DNA of 64,000 nt from Candidatus Bathyarchaeota archaeon (GTDB lineage: Archaea > Thermoproteota > Bathyarchaeia > TCS64), in NCBI GenBank assembly GCA_963780545.1, contig CAWACK010000024.1:9589-73588 (forward strand), read 5' to 3'. The position numbers and the translations under genes are program-made. This document shows, piece after piece, positions 42,099 through 52,800 of this stretch (within the stretch, counting starts at the first letter, position 1; each line of letters opens with the position of its first letter). Under the pieces are notes generated by a model. That model did not search any database and was not told the DNA's origin. It saw nothing but the letters and a program-made list of their open reading frames with translations.

Positions 42099-43904
42099 AT
42101 GGCTAACGTCTGTCTTTCAGAGTGTTACAACGTGAATGCAATAGATCCATTATGCGGAATGTCATTAGATCAAAATGAAGCGAAGTTCAAAAGCGATTTT
42201 TTGACCAAACAATGTTACTTTGACAGCGAATATTGCATGCGCAGTTTTATCGAAGGTCCAAGAGTCGCATATTTTTCCATGGAAATTGGAATAAATAGTA
42301 ATATACCCACCTATAGCGGCGGATTAGGAGTTTTGGCAGGTGACGTAATAAGATCAAGTGCGGATTTGAGAATTCCCTTTGTTGCAGTCACTTTACTTAG
42401 TAAGAAAGGGTACTTGAAACAGAAAATTACCTCCGATGGGTTACAATTGGAATACCCAGTGGAGTGGGAGCCTTCAAAGTTCATGAGATTGTTGCCAGCA
42501 GCTGTGACTATTAGGATTGAGGATGAAGATGTTAAGGTCGGAGCTTGGGTTTATAATCAGGAGAGCATGACCGGAGGCGTTGTTCCGGTTCTGTTTCTCA
42601 CGACTGACATAGATGGAAACGTTAAAAGTGATAGAGAAATAACTGATTTTCTTTACGGAGGCGACGAGGCATATCGCTTGAAACAAGAGATAGTCCTAGG
42701 CATCGGTGGCGTGAAGATCCTTGAAGCCTTAAACATCAACATCAAAAAATATCACATGAATGAGGGTCACTCCAGCCTCCTAACCCTCGAACTTTTAAAA
42801 AGAAATGAAATGAATGCCGATAAGGTGAAAAACCTGTGTGTTTTCACCACTCACACACCCGTCGAATCCGCCTTTGACAAGTTCCCGTACGATCTCGTAT
42901 CGAGGGTGCTTGGGCCAGAACTTCCACAGGAAGTCTTGATCAAGTATGGAGGATCAGCACAACTGAATATGACGCTATTGGCCTTAAACCTGAGCAAGTA
43001 TACAAACGGTGTAACCGAAGCGCACATGGAGTACTCAAGGAAGATTTTCCCAGGATACAACATCCAAGAGATAACTAATGGAGTCCATTCCTACACGTGG
43101 ACCTGTCAATACTTCAGAGACCTCTTCGACGCCTATATCCGAGGATGGGCTAACGAACCAGAGCGCCTCGTAAGAGTTGACTCAATCCCTAATAATGAAC
43201 TATGGATAGCGCATAGGAAAGCAAAGGAGGATCTGCTCAACTACGTCGATGAGAAAATCGGCGTAAAAATGGATATTGGCACCTTGACTCTAGGATTCGC
43301 AAGAAGGGCCACCGAGTACAAGAGGGCAACCATGATCTTCTCGGATTTAGAGAAACTTGAGGAAGTGAATAGACAGGGCAAAATTCAGCTAATTTTCGCC
43401 GGGAAAGCTCACCCTAAAGACGTGATGGGTAAGCTGCTGATCAGGGACATCTATAGGTACATTGACCAACTGAAAAATAAGGTTGAGATCGTCTATCTTG
43501 AAAACTACGACATGGAAATGGCGGGTATAATGACTTCAGGTGTCGACATCTGGCTGAATACCCCACTTCCCCCATATGAGGCATCTGGGACAAGCGGGAT
43601 GAAGGCAGCACATAACGGGGTGGTAAATTTCAGCGTCTTAGATGGCTGGTGGATCGAAGGCTGCGTTGAAGGTCTCACCGGCTGGGCAATTGGTCCGTCT
43701 CCTGATCAAAAAATCAATGAGGGTGAAAGAAGAAAGAGAGAACTAGCTGATCTCTACAACAAGCTAGAATACCTCATTATCCCAAAATTCTACGAGGAAC
43801 GAGATAGTTGGATAAGCATGATGCGAAACTCAATTGGCAAAATCGCTTATTATTTCAACACTCATCGAATGATGCGTAGATACGCGACTGATGCCTACAT
43901 CTAA
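42099..43904 (+). CDS. glgP: alpha-glucan (glycogen/maltodextrin) phosphorylase, GT35, with N-terminal YHS-type Cys-rich domain
   Basis: AYFSMEIG..., GGLGVLAGD, ...TSGMKA PLP-lysine region; N-terminal DPLCGMSLD...CYFDSEYC...F matches YHS domain. Confidence 0.85.
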   Translation: MANVCLSECYNVNAIDPLCGMSLDQNEAKFKSDFLTKQCYFDSEYCMRSFIEGPRVAYFSMEIGINSNIPTYSGGLGVLAGDVIRSSADLRIPFVAVTLLSKKGYLKQKITSDGLQLEYPVEWEPSKFMRLLPAAVTIRIEDEDVKVGAWVYNQESMTGGVVPVLFLTTDIDGNVKSDREITDFLYGGDEAYRLKQEIVLGIGGVKILEALNINIKKYHMNEGHSSLLTLELLKRNEMNADKVKNLCVFTTHTPVESAFDKFPYDLVSRVLGPELPQEVLIKYGGSAQLNMTLLALNLSKYTNGVTEAHMEYSRKIFPGYNIQEITNGVHSYTWTCQYFRDLFDAYIRGWANEPERLVRVDSIPNNELWIAHRKAKEDLLNYVDEKIGVKMDIGTLTLGFARRATEYKRATMIFSDLEKLEEVNRQGKIQLIFAGKAHPKDVMGKLLIRDIYRYIDQLKNKVEIVYLENYDMEMAGIMTSGVDIWLNTPLPPYEASGTSGMKAAHNGVVNFSVLDGWWIEGCVEGLTGWAIGPSPDQKINEGERRKRELADLYNKLEYLIIPKFYEERDSWISMMRNSIGKIAYYFNTHRMMRRYATDAYI

Positions 43905-43969
43905 ATGTAAATGAGTGCGCACGTTCGCACGCATTAAATATAAAACTGTGCTCCCTAGCGTAAACATAA

Positions 43970-45910
43970 GTGAAAAAAATGCGCAGAATTTTCCTAATCC
44001 TAGTTCTACTAATACTCCATAGCTTCACGGTTACAGAGGGATTCGCCTTTCTAAGTCCCGTCACAGTCGTTGCATCAGTATGGGGCACAACACAGCTCCC
44101 TCAGACAGTAGAGCCAGGAACAACAAACAACCCTCTCACAGTCTACATCCAGAACTACGGGACAACGATAATATACAATGTAACTGTGAAACTCAACCTG
44201 AACAACCCATTCTCTTCTCAGTCCAACGCATCGAGCATAACCAACATAGTCACCATTATCCCACCCAGCGGAAACGCTGCAACCACGTTCTATCTGAACA
44301 TAGATAGGAGAACAACGAAGGGAGTATACCCGCTAAACATCGAACTCACATACAGCGCTGTAGGTAGCGATTTCGATAAGATATTCACCCTCAGCCTCCC
44401 AATAACTACCTCGGCAAGCCTCATAGTACAAAGTGCACTATGGGGGTCACCCACAACACCCGCCACTGTCACCCAAGGAACAAGGAACGCGCTGCTTGTA
44501 CTTAGTGTTAAGAATGTGGGTGACAATGCCGCCTACAATTCAAGCGTCACACTGCACCTCGCGACGCCTTTCCGGTACGAGGCAGAGGGCTCCAACGGCA
44601 GCGAGACTGCCCAGCTTGGCGTCATCCCCTCAGGTGGGGTTGCATTAGCCCAGTTTACGGTAAGTATCGAATCAAGCGTAGCGACAGGTCTCTACCCTCT
44701 CACAGCGACACTCGTCTACAACAATATCTCAGCAAACCAAAGGGTATACGTCCCAATAACTGGCTCAGCGAGCCCCACCGTACAGAGCGTCATCTGGGGG
44801 TCAATCACAAACCCTGTTCCAATTTCACCCGGCACAACATCCGCTACACTCTTCCTCAATGTCAAGAACGCAGGAGACAGCCCAGCCACAAACGTTACAG
44901 CCACCATCAAACTCTCCAAACCCTTCAGCTACATAGCCGGCGGACCCAAGTCAACTGAGTCAACCCAACTGGGAGTTATACCAGCGGGAAGCATTTCCCC
45001 TGCCCAATTCACGGTCAACATCAACCCCGACATCCCTACAGGACTTTACCCACTGAACGTTACCATTACCTACAACAACGGTGCATTGGTTAGCCAATTA
45101 GTTTACATCCCAGTCCTCGGGTACCCCAAGGTTGTTATGCAGAGCTACGCCTTCCAGGCCGGGAACATCTTCCCAGGGGATACTTACGTCGCCCTAACCG
45201 TTGGGCTCATAAACTCTGGTAACGCCACCGCAAGAGACGTCAGCACAGAGCTCAAATTACCCCCACAACTCTCAGCCTTCTACCCTGGGGCAACATCTAT
45301 GACCCTAGGTCAGCTACCACCCAGCACTCTGCCTTCCACTGTAAAGTTCACCTTAAACGTACCTAAATCAATACCAACACCTCTGAACCTTAATTTGACC
45401 CTCAATGTTTCCTATAATGGCATCGATAAGACTTACATAATACCCGTAACTGTGAGCAGCTTCGCATCTTTCGTCGAATCCCCGACCAAAGGCCCATCAA
45501 TGGTACAGGGCGATACAGACATCCCCATGTCACTAGTCATGACAAACAACGGAAACTCGACGGCGAAGTCGGTTCAGGCTCAGCTCCTACTTCCAAACGA
45601 ACTATCAGGAAACACCTTCACATATCTTGGCGATATGACCTCTAAAGCCTCAAACATAGCCACCTATAACCTCGACGTCGATGGCAGTGCAGCTCCCGGA
45701 ACCTACTATGGCACCGTACAGGTGACCTGGCTTCAGGATAATGCCCCCGGTAGGCAGTTCACACAGGATTTACCCATCTCCTTCACTATCAATAGGAGCC
45801 TTACCAACCAGATCGAGAGCGACTTCATGGGTCCTATTACTATTGTTGCCATAATCGTGATAGTAGCTCTAGTAGTTATCGGGATTATAATGATAAGGCG
45901 CAAGAGATGA
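43970..45910 (+). CDS. repeat-containing cell-surface protein (signal peptide, ~5 CARDB/NPCBM-like repeats, C-terminal TM anchor + RRKR)
   Basis: Repeated ...LYPL(N/T)..LTY(S/N)... modules; stop overlaps the ABC ATPase start (ATGA). Confidence 0.65.
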   Translation: MKKMRRIFLILVLLILHSFTVTEGFAFLSPVTVVASVWGTTQLPQTVEPGTTNNPLTVYIQNYGTTIIYNVTVKLNLNNPFSSQSNASSITNIVTIIPPSGNAATTFYLNIDRRTTKGVYPLNIELTYSAVGSDFDKIFTLSLPITTSASLIVQSALWGSPTTPATVTQGTRNALLVLSVKNVGDNAAYNSSVTLHLATPFRYEAEGSNGSETAQLGVIPSGGVALAQFTVSIESSVATGLYPLTATLVYNNISANQRVYVPITGSASPTVQSVIWGSITNPVPISPGTTSATLFLNVKNAGDSPATNVTATIKLSKPFSYIAGGPKSTESTQLGVIPAGSISPAQFTVNINPDIPTGLYPLNVTITYNNGALVSQLVYIPVLGYPKVVMQSYAFQAGNIFPGDTYVALTVGLINSGNATARDVSTELKLPPQLSAFYPGATSMTLGQLPPSTLPSTVKFTLNVPKSIPTPLNLNLTLNVSYNGIDKTYIIPVTVSSFASFVESPTKGPSMVQGDTDIPMSLVMTNNGNSTAKSVQAQLLLPNELSGNTFTYLGDMTSKASNIATYNLDVDGSAAPGTYYGTVQVTWLQDNAPGRQFTQDLPISFTINRSLTNQIESDFMGPITIVAIIVIVALVVIGIIMIRRKR

Positions 45911-46677
45911 GCGTAAGCATTCAGACTAATGGACTCACGAAGTCCTTCAGCGGATTTCTGGCTGTCAACAAAGTTTCCATCTCGGTGAAGCGGGGGACCA
46001 TATTTGGTCTACTTGGCCCCAACGGCGCAGGGAAGAGTACTCTAATAAGGATGTTATGCACACTCCTCCAACCCACCTCAGGGACAGCAACCATTGAGGG
46101 CTACGACATAGCGAAGCAGACAAACGAGGTTAGGCGGGTCATCGGAGTAGTACAGGAGAAGCTCCTCCTATGGCCAGCCCTAACCGCAAGGGAAAACCTT
46201 GAGCTCTTTGGCCGGCTCTACGACATAGAGGAGAAAACCTTGAAAGGGAAGGTCAGGGCTCTCATCGAGGAAGTGAAGCTGACAAGCGTCAGCGATAAAC
46301 TTGTCGCCACCTATTCCACGGGTATGCGGTAGCGCATCAATATTGTGAGGGCCCTCATCCATGACCCAAAGGTAATTCTGCTTGACGAGCCTACAAACGG
46401 TCTAGACCCCCAGAGTGTAAGGTGGGTGAGGGACTACATCGTCGACCTGAAGAGGAGGGGTTACACGGTAGTACTCACGACCCACGACATGAGTGAGGCG
46501 GATGAGCTTGCTGAAGAACTCGCAATCATGGACAGGGGGGAGATTTTGGCGGTTGGGAAGAGCGCGGATTTGAAGGAGAAATATAGGGTGACCGATATCG
46601 AGGACCTATTCTTGACCCTAACTGGGAGGGAGCTTAGAGACTCACTAACCGGCAGAGTCCATGGAAGGGGTTGGTGA
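45907..46677 (+). pseudogene. ABC transporter ATP-binding protein (ABC-2 type) with in-frame TAG at 46330-46332 inside the signature motif
   Basis: Walker A GPNGAGKST; signature YSTGMR-TAG-RINIVRAL (TAG where LSGGxRQR has Q/R/K); Walker B ILLDEPT; both halves same frame. Confidence 0.65.
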
Positions 46678-47830
46678 CATGGCGCTGAAGTTCCCCTACC
46701 ACATTTACCTCATTATGAAGAAGGATCTCACCGAGTTCTACAGAATCAAGGCCCGCCTCGTTTCAATGACAATGCTCCCAATAATACTGATGCTCCTATT
46801 TGGCTACATGTTTCCATCCGGTGGAGCAGTTAACCACATCTCCATAGCCGTGGTACAACAGGACCAGACGCCGGATGGCCTCACCCTCTCAAACAACTTT
46901 ATCTACGCAGCTCAATCCACAAAGACCTTTGATGTTAAAACGACTACCTCGCTCTCGTGGGCCGAGAACCGGATCACCCTAGGCAACATTTATGGCGTCG
47001 TAATCTTCCAACCCGGAGTAGCCGATCAGCTCCGATCAGGTAGCGCCCAGTTAGAGGTTATACTCGACCAAGTCAACCCAACCCTGGACCAGGAGGTTAA
47101 AGGAGGAATCACCCAGTTATTCTTGGATTTGCAGGCTCGACTAACCCCAAGCTTCACAAACGGTATACCGAGCAACACGGGACCAACAATTAACCTCCAG
47201 TTCGAGGGCCTTGTCCCAGGCCAGCAGAGCAGCTTCGAGTTCCTCGCCCCTGGAATGATCGCCATGACTCTAATCATCGGAGGGCTCTCTGGTCTAGCCA
47301 TGACGTTCTCAAGGGAGAAGGAGCTGGGAACACTGGACGGGTTCCTTATGACTCCCATATCAAGAGTATCCATAATCTTCGGGAAGGGCTTAGCGCAGGT
47401 TGTCCGAGGTTTTCTCACTAGTGGACTTGTCTTCGCGATATCGATAATCGTCTTCGGGGTACACGTCTATGGAAACCCGTTCCTCATGATCCTGGTGCTG
47501 ATGTTGGGTGTAACGGCCTTCACAGGTCTCGGAATCCTCGCAACTACCTTCGTCAACGACCAGGAGTCTGCCCAACTAATCATAATGATGATCCAATTCC
47601 CAATGATATTCCTTAGTGGCGTCCTCTACCCTATACTTCAACTCCCCTGGTTCCTCAGGGACGTCGCTGCCCTTCTCCCACTCACCTACGTCGTCTCCGC
47701 CTTCAGAGCCGTAATGATCCTCAACGCCCCCTTCCAATCAATTTCCAGCCAGATCATCATCCTATCCGTCTTCATTGTCATCGTCTATTCCATCGCAATA
47801 CCCCTCTTCAGGAGATCAGTCATGAGGTAG
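46661..47830 (+). CDS. ABC-2 family transporter permease
   Basis: 6 TM helices, ABC-2 permease topology, overlaps ATPase 3' end. Confidence 0.75.
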   Translation: MEGVGDMALKFPYHIYLIMKKDLTEFYRIKARLVSMTMLPIILMLLFGYMFPSGGAVNHISIAVVQQDQTPDGLTLSNNFIYAAQSTKTFDVKTTTSLSWAENRITLGNIYGVVIFQPGVADQLRSGSAQLEVILDQVNPTLDQEVKGGITQLFLDLQARLTPSFTNGIPSNTGPTINLQFEGLVPGQQSSFEFLAPGMIAMTLIIGGLSGLAMTFSREKELGTLDGFLMTPISRVSIIFGKGLAQVVRGFLTSGLVFAISIIVFGVHVYGNPFLMILVLMLGVTAFTGLGILATTFVNDQESAQLIIMMIQFPMIFLSGVLYPILQLPWFLRDVAALLPLTYVVSAFRAVMILNAPFQSISSQIIILSVFIVIVYSIAIPLFRRSVMR

Positions 47831-48367
47831 CCAGCAAACTCAATAGGGTGAAATCAGCGCGTGTGAAAAGCTGAAGTTAACCAATCAACGGAGCACATTA
47901 TAGCTGCGATCTCAAAACCTGAGTAAATTGGTTGGGTTTTATTAACTCAGACTAATTCTCAAATTTTTTGGATATATTTTTGTGCGCGGTATAATATTGA
48001 AGTAGATTTTATACCAAGCCAGGTAAGGGCCCAGTTTTCGAATTAATTTATCCTAAGTTAAAGGATTCTTAATTGCCAAAAGTATCTGTCAACTACCCTT
48101 TACAGTAATGTGTGCAGAGTAACTTATAATGCCCTTTTTTAGCTATCGGTATATTAACGGCGAATTAAATCAAAATTCATGTTTATGTTAAAAATTGAGA
48201 AGTATAAACAGCAAATATACTCATCTATGATATAGACACTCCCATTTTAAGACAGAGACATGCTAAGCAAAATATAAAAAACTGCGTATACTTCGCGGAT
48301 GTTTACATCAATGATTCAACACTTTGATACCCCCGAAGAGGTGTCATATCTTCGAGTGCATCTTATA

Positions 48368-49009
48368 ATGAGCTTTGATGAGAGTTGGAATAAAAAAGAC
48401 GATCCATCTACTTTCGCCAAGCTTAAGGACGCCATCAACCAACCTGATCCACTCAAATCAAGGCTCACCGAATCAACAAAGAGAATCGATCAAGAAAACC
48501 AACACTTTGAACGGGCCAATCAACGCTTCCAGGACCGCGATAAACTTCTCTTCCAAAAGATCGTCGAAGCTTATACAAACCATGACGCCGCCAGAGCAAA
48601 CGTCTACGCGAACGAGCTCGCCGAAGTTCGAAAGATGGAGAAAGTTCTCTCGCAGACTAGGCTAGCCCTTGAGGAGATATCATTACACATAAGAACAAAA
48701 ACGGATCTCGGGGACATAGCCGTTACCCTGCTTCCCGTCATAAATAGCATAAATGAAGTCAAAACAGGCATCGAATCTATCAACCCACAGATAGAGACGG
48801 AGATCGGAGACATCAACAATATCCTCAGTGGCATCGTCATCGACGCTGGAACTATAAGCCAGATAAACATAAACTTCGAGGCAGTCAACGAGGATTCCTC
48901 CAAGATACTGGAAGAGGCCCAGACAATCGCCGAGTCTAGAATAAATGAAAAATTCATGAGTCACTTGGAACAAAGACGGCGAACAGCGGGGAATACTCCA
49001 TTAGCATAA
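48368..49009 (+). CDS. ESCRT-III/Snf7 (CdvB)-like protein, paralog of 58530..59174
   Basis: ~55% identical by eye to 58530..59174 (shared ARANVYANELAE(V/I)RKME, VAVTLLPV, INFE(A/S)VNEDS(S/A)KIL(E/N)EAQTIAESR). Helical and charged; likely start MSFDESW at 48368. Confidence 0.55.
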   Translation: MSFDESWNKKDDPSTFAKLKDAINQPDPLKSRLTESTKRIDQENQHFERANQRFQDRDKLLFQKIVEAYTNHDAARANVYANELAEVRKMEKVLSQTRLALEEISLHIRTKTDLGDIAVTLLPVINSINEVKTGIESINPQIETEIGDINNILSGIVIDAGTISQININFEAVNEDSSKILEEAQTIAESRINEKFMSHLEQRRRTAGNTPLA

Positions 49010-49033
49010 ATGGCGATTGATGGAGGATTATAA

Positions 49034-49783
49034 TTGGACAATTCAAAGATCCGGCAGACCATTCTCGTCTCACAGGAATCTCTCAACGAGCTGAAGAAAC
49101 AGAGTCTAATGTTCGAGCAGTCGAACACAAAGCTCGAGCAGAGAGACAAGGTTCTCTATGGTATGATTGAGAAAGCGCTACGCAACAAGGATACCCTCCG
49201 AGCCAACATATTTGCCAACGAACTGACAAGAGTACGACACCTAAAGCGAGTCTTCTCCCAGAGTCAGCTCGTCATAGAGTGCATCACCATAAGGATGGAG
49301 AACCTACTCGAACTCTATAACGCGATCCAGATGGAACCGATCTCCCAAGTAATCAAGGAGGTCCTCGTGGATGTTAAGGGCATCTCACCCGAATTCGTAT
49401 CCGGGCTAGAGCAGCTATCCTTACTTGCGAGCGACACCCTCAAACAATCCACCATTGGCTTCAAACAACCTGCGCTCGAAGAGATATTTGGGGCAACAAG
49501 TAACGAGAGTGTAGCGATATTGAAGGAGGTATCGGGCTTGATCGAGACCAGCCTCCAGAGTAGCTTCCCAGAACCGCCTATAAGCGAAGCACAGAAAGTC
49601 ATCGAGAAGACAGCAGAGGCACTATCATATGCCAATACTTCAGCGGCAACATTTACGCCGAAAACTGCAGTCGCCAATGTTTCCAACGACCTTGATTTGC
49701 TCTCAGACGATCTCGTGAAGATCCTCAGTAGTTTTAACGTGAAGAGTCCCCAGAAATCAGAGGATATACCGGCTAAAGCATAG
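49034..49783 (+). CDS. ESCRT-III-like protein, paralog of 59283..59996
   Basis: Shared motifs RANIFANEL(T/S)RVR..KR(V/I)(F/I)SQSQL...CITIR(M/L)EN, SFPEPPI. Confidence 0.5.
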   Translation: MDNSKIRQTILVSQESLNELKKQSLMFEQSNTKLEQRDKVLYGMIEKALRNKDTLRANIFANELTRVRHLKRVFSQSQLVIECITIRMENLLELYNAIQMEPISQVIKEVLVDVKGISPEFVSGLEQLSLLASDTLKQSTIGFKQPALEEIFGATSNESVAILKEVSGLIETSLQSSFPEPPISEAQKVIEKTAEALSYANTSAATFTPKTAVANVSNDLDLLSDDLVKILSSFNVKSPQKSEDIPAKA

Positions 49784-50278
49784 CTTTTCCACTTAATTTC
49801 GCAATGACTAAATAATTTAATATGAAAATGCACACGAGGGCTCCAGCGACAAGGTTACTGAGAGAGATTAGTATATTCTGAAGATGTAAGCAGCCGCAGG
49901 AAATGCTATGCGCACGATTTGTAGTCGCGCTTCCACAAGTATAACGGAGAAAAAAGTGCTCGTGAGCGTGTGTCCATTAAGCAGTCGAATAGTTTTAACC
50001 TATATTATACCTCTCCTGATTCCTTAACCTGGTAGTATAACTCAAAACTATTGGCTGGGACTGTATTTTCATTGAAAAAGCTGACGTTGAGCAGTTGAGA
50101 AACGCAGAGATCGCGTTAATAATCGCGCTCGCAATTGATTCATGCTGATTTACCAATTTATTTCTTGGTAATATGCACAACGAATATCAGCCATCGTTGA
50201 AGGCAAAGGGATAAACCATTTAGACCTTGACATTAAGTTACACTAAATTCAATTCCGAAACGTGCGCGCGCACGTTAT

Positions 50279-50848
50279 CTACTTCATTCCCAACTTCTGA
50301 TTCTTCTCCAAGAGACTGATGACCTCTTTAAGCCTCTTTTTCTTCGTCTCTTCCTTCTTAGCGCTTGAAATCCAAGAGGCGATTTGCCATTTGTATGATT
50401 CAGCTAATGCATCGAAAAACAAACCTGCTTTTTCATTTTTTACCAAAGCATCTTGAATGAAGGAAGGGACAATAAACTCTTTATTGACTTCTCGGATCCT
50501 TAACCACTCACCTCTTTCTTGTGCTTCCTTTATTTTTACCATACCCACTTCGTTCATTTTTCCCTCACGGATCATCTTTTCTGCCCTCTTCTTATTAGAC
50601 TCAGACCAGACACTGGTATCTTTACGAGGCGTAAACTTCCGAGCAAATCTATCCTCATCAAGTCTCTTGATTATACCGTCCACCCAGCCAAAGCAAAGAG
50701 CCTCTTCAACCGAAGTTTCATAGGAGATTCCAAGTATTCCGGTATGTTTTTTATAATAAATCAACCAGACTTCCTTTGTGACATCATGATTTTTTTCGAG
50801 CCAAACACGCCAATCTTTTCTGTTAGAGACATATAATTCACCTTTCAT
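50279..50848 (-). CDS. YdeI/OmdA-family (DUF1801-like) protein
   Basis: W..WL..N......W.....K pattern typical of YdeI/OmpD-associated family. Confidence 0.6.
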   Translation of the reverse strand: MKGELYVSNRKDWRVWLEKNHDVTKEVWLIYYKKHTGILGISYETSVEEALCFGWVDGIIKRLDEDRFARKFTPRKDTSVWSESNKKRAEKMIREGKMNEVGMVKIKEAQERGEWLRIREVNKEFIVPSFIQDALVKNEKAGLFFDALAESYKWQIASWISSAKKEETKKKRLKEVISLLEKNQKLGMK

Positions 50849-51155
50849 GATTGATACCTCAGATAATGCGGATAATGTTTTATGACAGACTTGTGTTTGA
50901 ACGTATTCTCTCTATTTAACTGCACTTACTGAGATTACCAGCCAAAAATCATATCGGAGAAAGATTTCATTCGCTGTATTTGCGTAGTGCTCGGTTGCTC
51001 ATTAGTAAGATCGTAAGCTCCCCTTACCTTGACTTAATACTTCTTTTTGATAATCGAGCTCGCGAATTCAAATATCTTTAAAATCAAGTCTAGCATAAAC
51101 TGAAAACGTTGTTCATAACAACTAGATGTATTATTTGGAATAAGGGAAACCTGAC

Positions 51156-51920
51156 TTGAATTTCTCCGTCGTAATGCCGGTTCACAACGAGGAAAATAAT
51201 CTTCGTTTTAGTTTACCGAATTTACTGAAATTAGGGCCAGATGAGTTAGTCATCGTCTTGGATAACTGCTCCGACGGAAGCAAAAAGGTTATTGAAGACT
51301 ACGTAAAAAAGGTTCACTTCATTGGAGGCCTCAAATTTATAGAGGTGAATCAAATTCCAGCGGACTGGAAGTATAGGGTCGCCTACCTCTTTAGGTTGGG
51401 CTACCGATCAGCGAAAAACGACACAATACTAACGACAGCGGCTGACATTGTCTTTGACAAGAATGTGAAACGATACATAGACGACTTTGGACGGGGCGAA
51501 GTAAAAATAGTCTCATTTGGTTTGAAGCCCTATCCTCTAGACCGCATGTATTTTATACGCAAGATAATCAGCCTATTTTTACCTAGATCAACCTTCAGCG
51601 GGGTATTTCTATTCTCAAGGAAAGCTTGGCAGGAAACTGAGAGAGAAGAAGATGCAAAGAGTGTTCTAAGAGCTCAAGATACTCTTATGTTCCGATCAAT
51701 TAGAAGGAAGTATCCTGCAAGACACGTTTGGACCAGCTCCCTTCATCTCAGATCAAGAGCCAACGAGTCAAGCTATTATTACACTCGCGGCCAGGTTAGC
51801 TATCAAGTGACTCACCGTAGCCAGTTGTTTGTCTTTCTCTCAAGCATCGTATATCTACACCCACAGATGTTTATCGGATACCGAAACGCGAAGAGGATGC
51901 GTATAAAGCAAGTGAGTTAG
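51156..51920 (+). CDS. family-2 glycosyltransferase
   Basis: FSVVMPVHNEE...VLDNCSDGS; TTG start (alternative ATG at 51174). Confidence 0.7.
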   Translation: MNFSVVMPVHNEENNLRFSLPNLLKLGPDELVIVLDNCSDGSKKVIEDYVKKVHFIGGLKFIEVNQIPADWKYRVAYLFRLGYRSAKNDTILTTAADIVFDKNVKRYIDDFGRGEVKIVSFGLKPYPLDRMYFIRKIISLFLPRSTFSGVFLFSRKAWQETEREEDAKSVLRAQDTLMFRSIRRKYPARHVWTSSLHLRSRANESSYYYTRGQVSYQVTHRSQLFVFLSSIVYLHPQMFIGYRNAKRMRIKQVS

Positions 51921-52013
51921 TAGTTGCACGCATGAATCTTGATTAGCGCGGTCTCTTTTTTTAGGCTAGGCAAACTTTATATGTTTAGTCATGCCTAAAT
52001 TTTCAGAGTAAGA

Positions 52014-52769
52014 ATGAGCGAAAGCGTCGAAGAGTACCTAGAGGCAATATACAGCTTCAACGAGAAGGGAGAACTCGCCAAGAACCAGGATCTCTCTGAT
52101 AAGCTGAGAGTTGCGCCCCCAAGTGTCTCGCAGATGATAAAGAAGTTAGCAGACGAGGGTCTAGTAACTTACGAGCCATACAAAGGCGTTTTGCTCACTG
52201 GCAAGGGGACCGCGAGAGCCCAGAAGGTTGTGAGAAAACATAGACTTCTCGAGAGATTCCTATATGACACTTTAGGCCTCAACATAAACAAAGTCCACGA
52301 CGAGGCATGCAAGCTCGAACACAGCATAAGCGACGAGACGGCTGCGGCACTATGCGATAATCTTCAGAGTCCGAAGACCTGCCCCGACGATGGAAAACCC
52401 ATCCCCGCGTGTACACTCGAGGCAAACGACTGTGCTGATTGCAAGTTAGCACGTGAAACCGAAGGAGGGAAATTCAGGCTTCTGACCCAGCTCAGCCACT
52501 TGAGACCTGGGGAGCGGGCGAAGGTTGCCTTCGTAAGGGGAAGCGGGTCCGCGACGAGAAGGATAATGGACATGGGTCTGTGCCCAGGGACAAGCATTAA
52601 GGTCGATAACGCAGCCCCATTCAGTGGTCCAATTCAAGTATCTGTCAGAGAGACAAGTTTAGCTCTGGGTAGAGAGATTGCAGATAAAATATACGTCGAA
52701 GTAGAAAATGGAGCAACGGAGAACCCCCACCCACACGGCCCCCACCACGTCATAGTGAGTAAAAGCTGA
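52014..52769 (+). CDS. DtxR/MntR-family metal-dependent repressor with C-terminal FeoA/SH3-like domain and Cys-rich insert
   Basis: N-terminal DtxR HTH (PSVSQMIKKLADEGLV), 7-Cys linker, FeoA-like C-terminus; directly upstream of feoB. Confidence 0.75.
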   Translation: MSESVEEYLEAIYSFNEKGELAKNQDLSDKLRVAPPSVSQMIKKLADEGLVTYEPYKGVLLTGKGTARAQKVVRKHRLLERFLYDTLGLNINKVHDEACKLEHSISDETAAALCDNLQSPKTCPDDGKPIPACTLEANDCADCKLARETEGGKFRLLTQLSHLRPGERAKVAFVRGSGSATRRIMDMGLCPGTSIKVDNAAPFSGPIQVSVRETSLALGREIADKIYVEVENGATENPHPHGPHHVIVSKS

Positions 52770-52800
52770 CTATCACTTACGTTACCGTGAGGGTTCAGGT

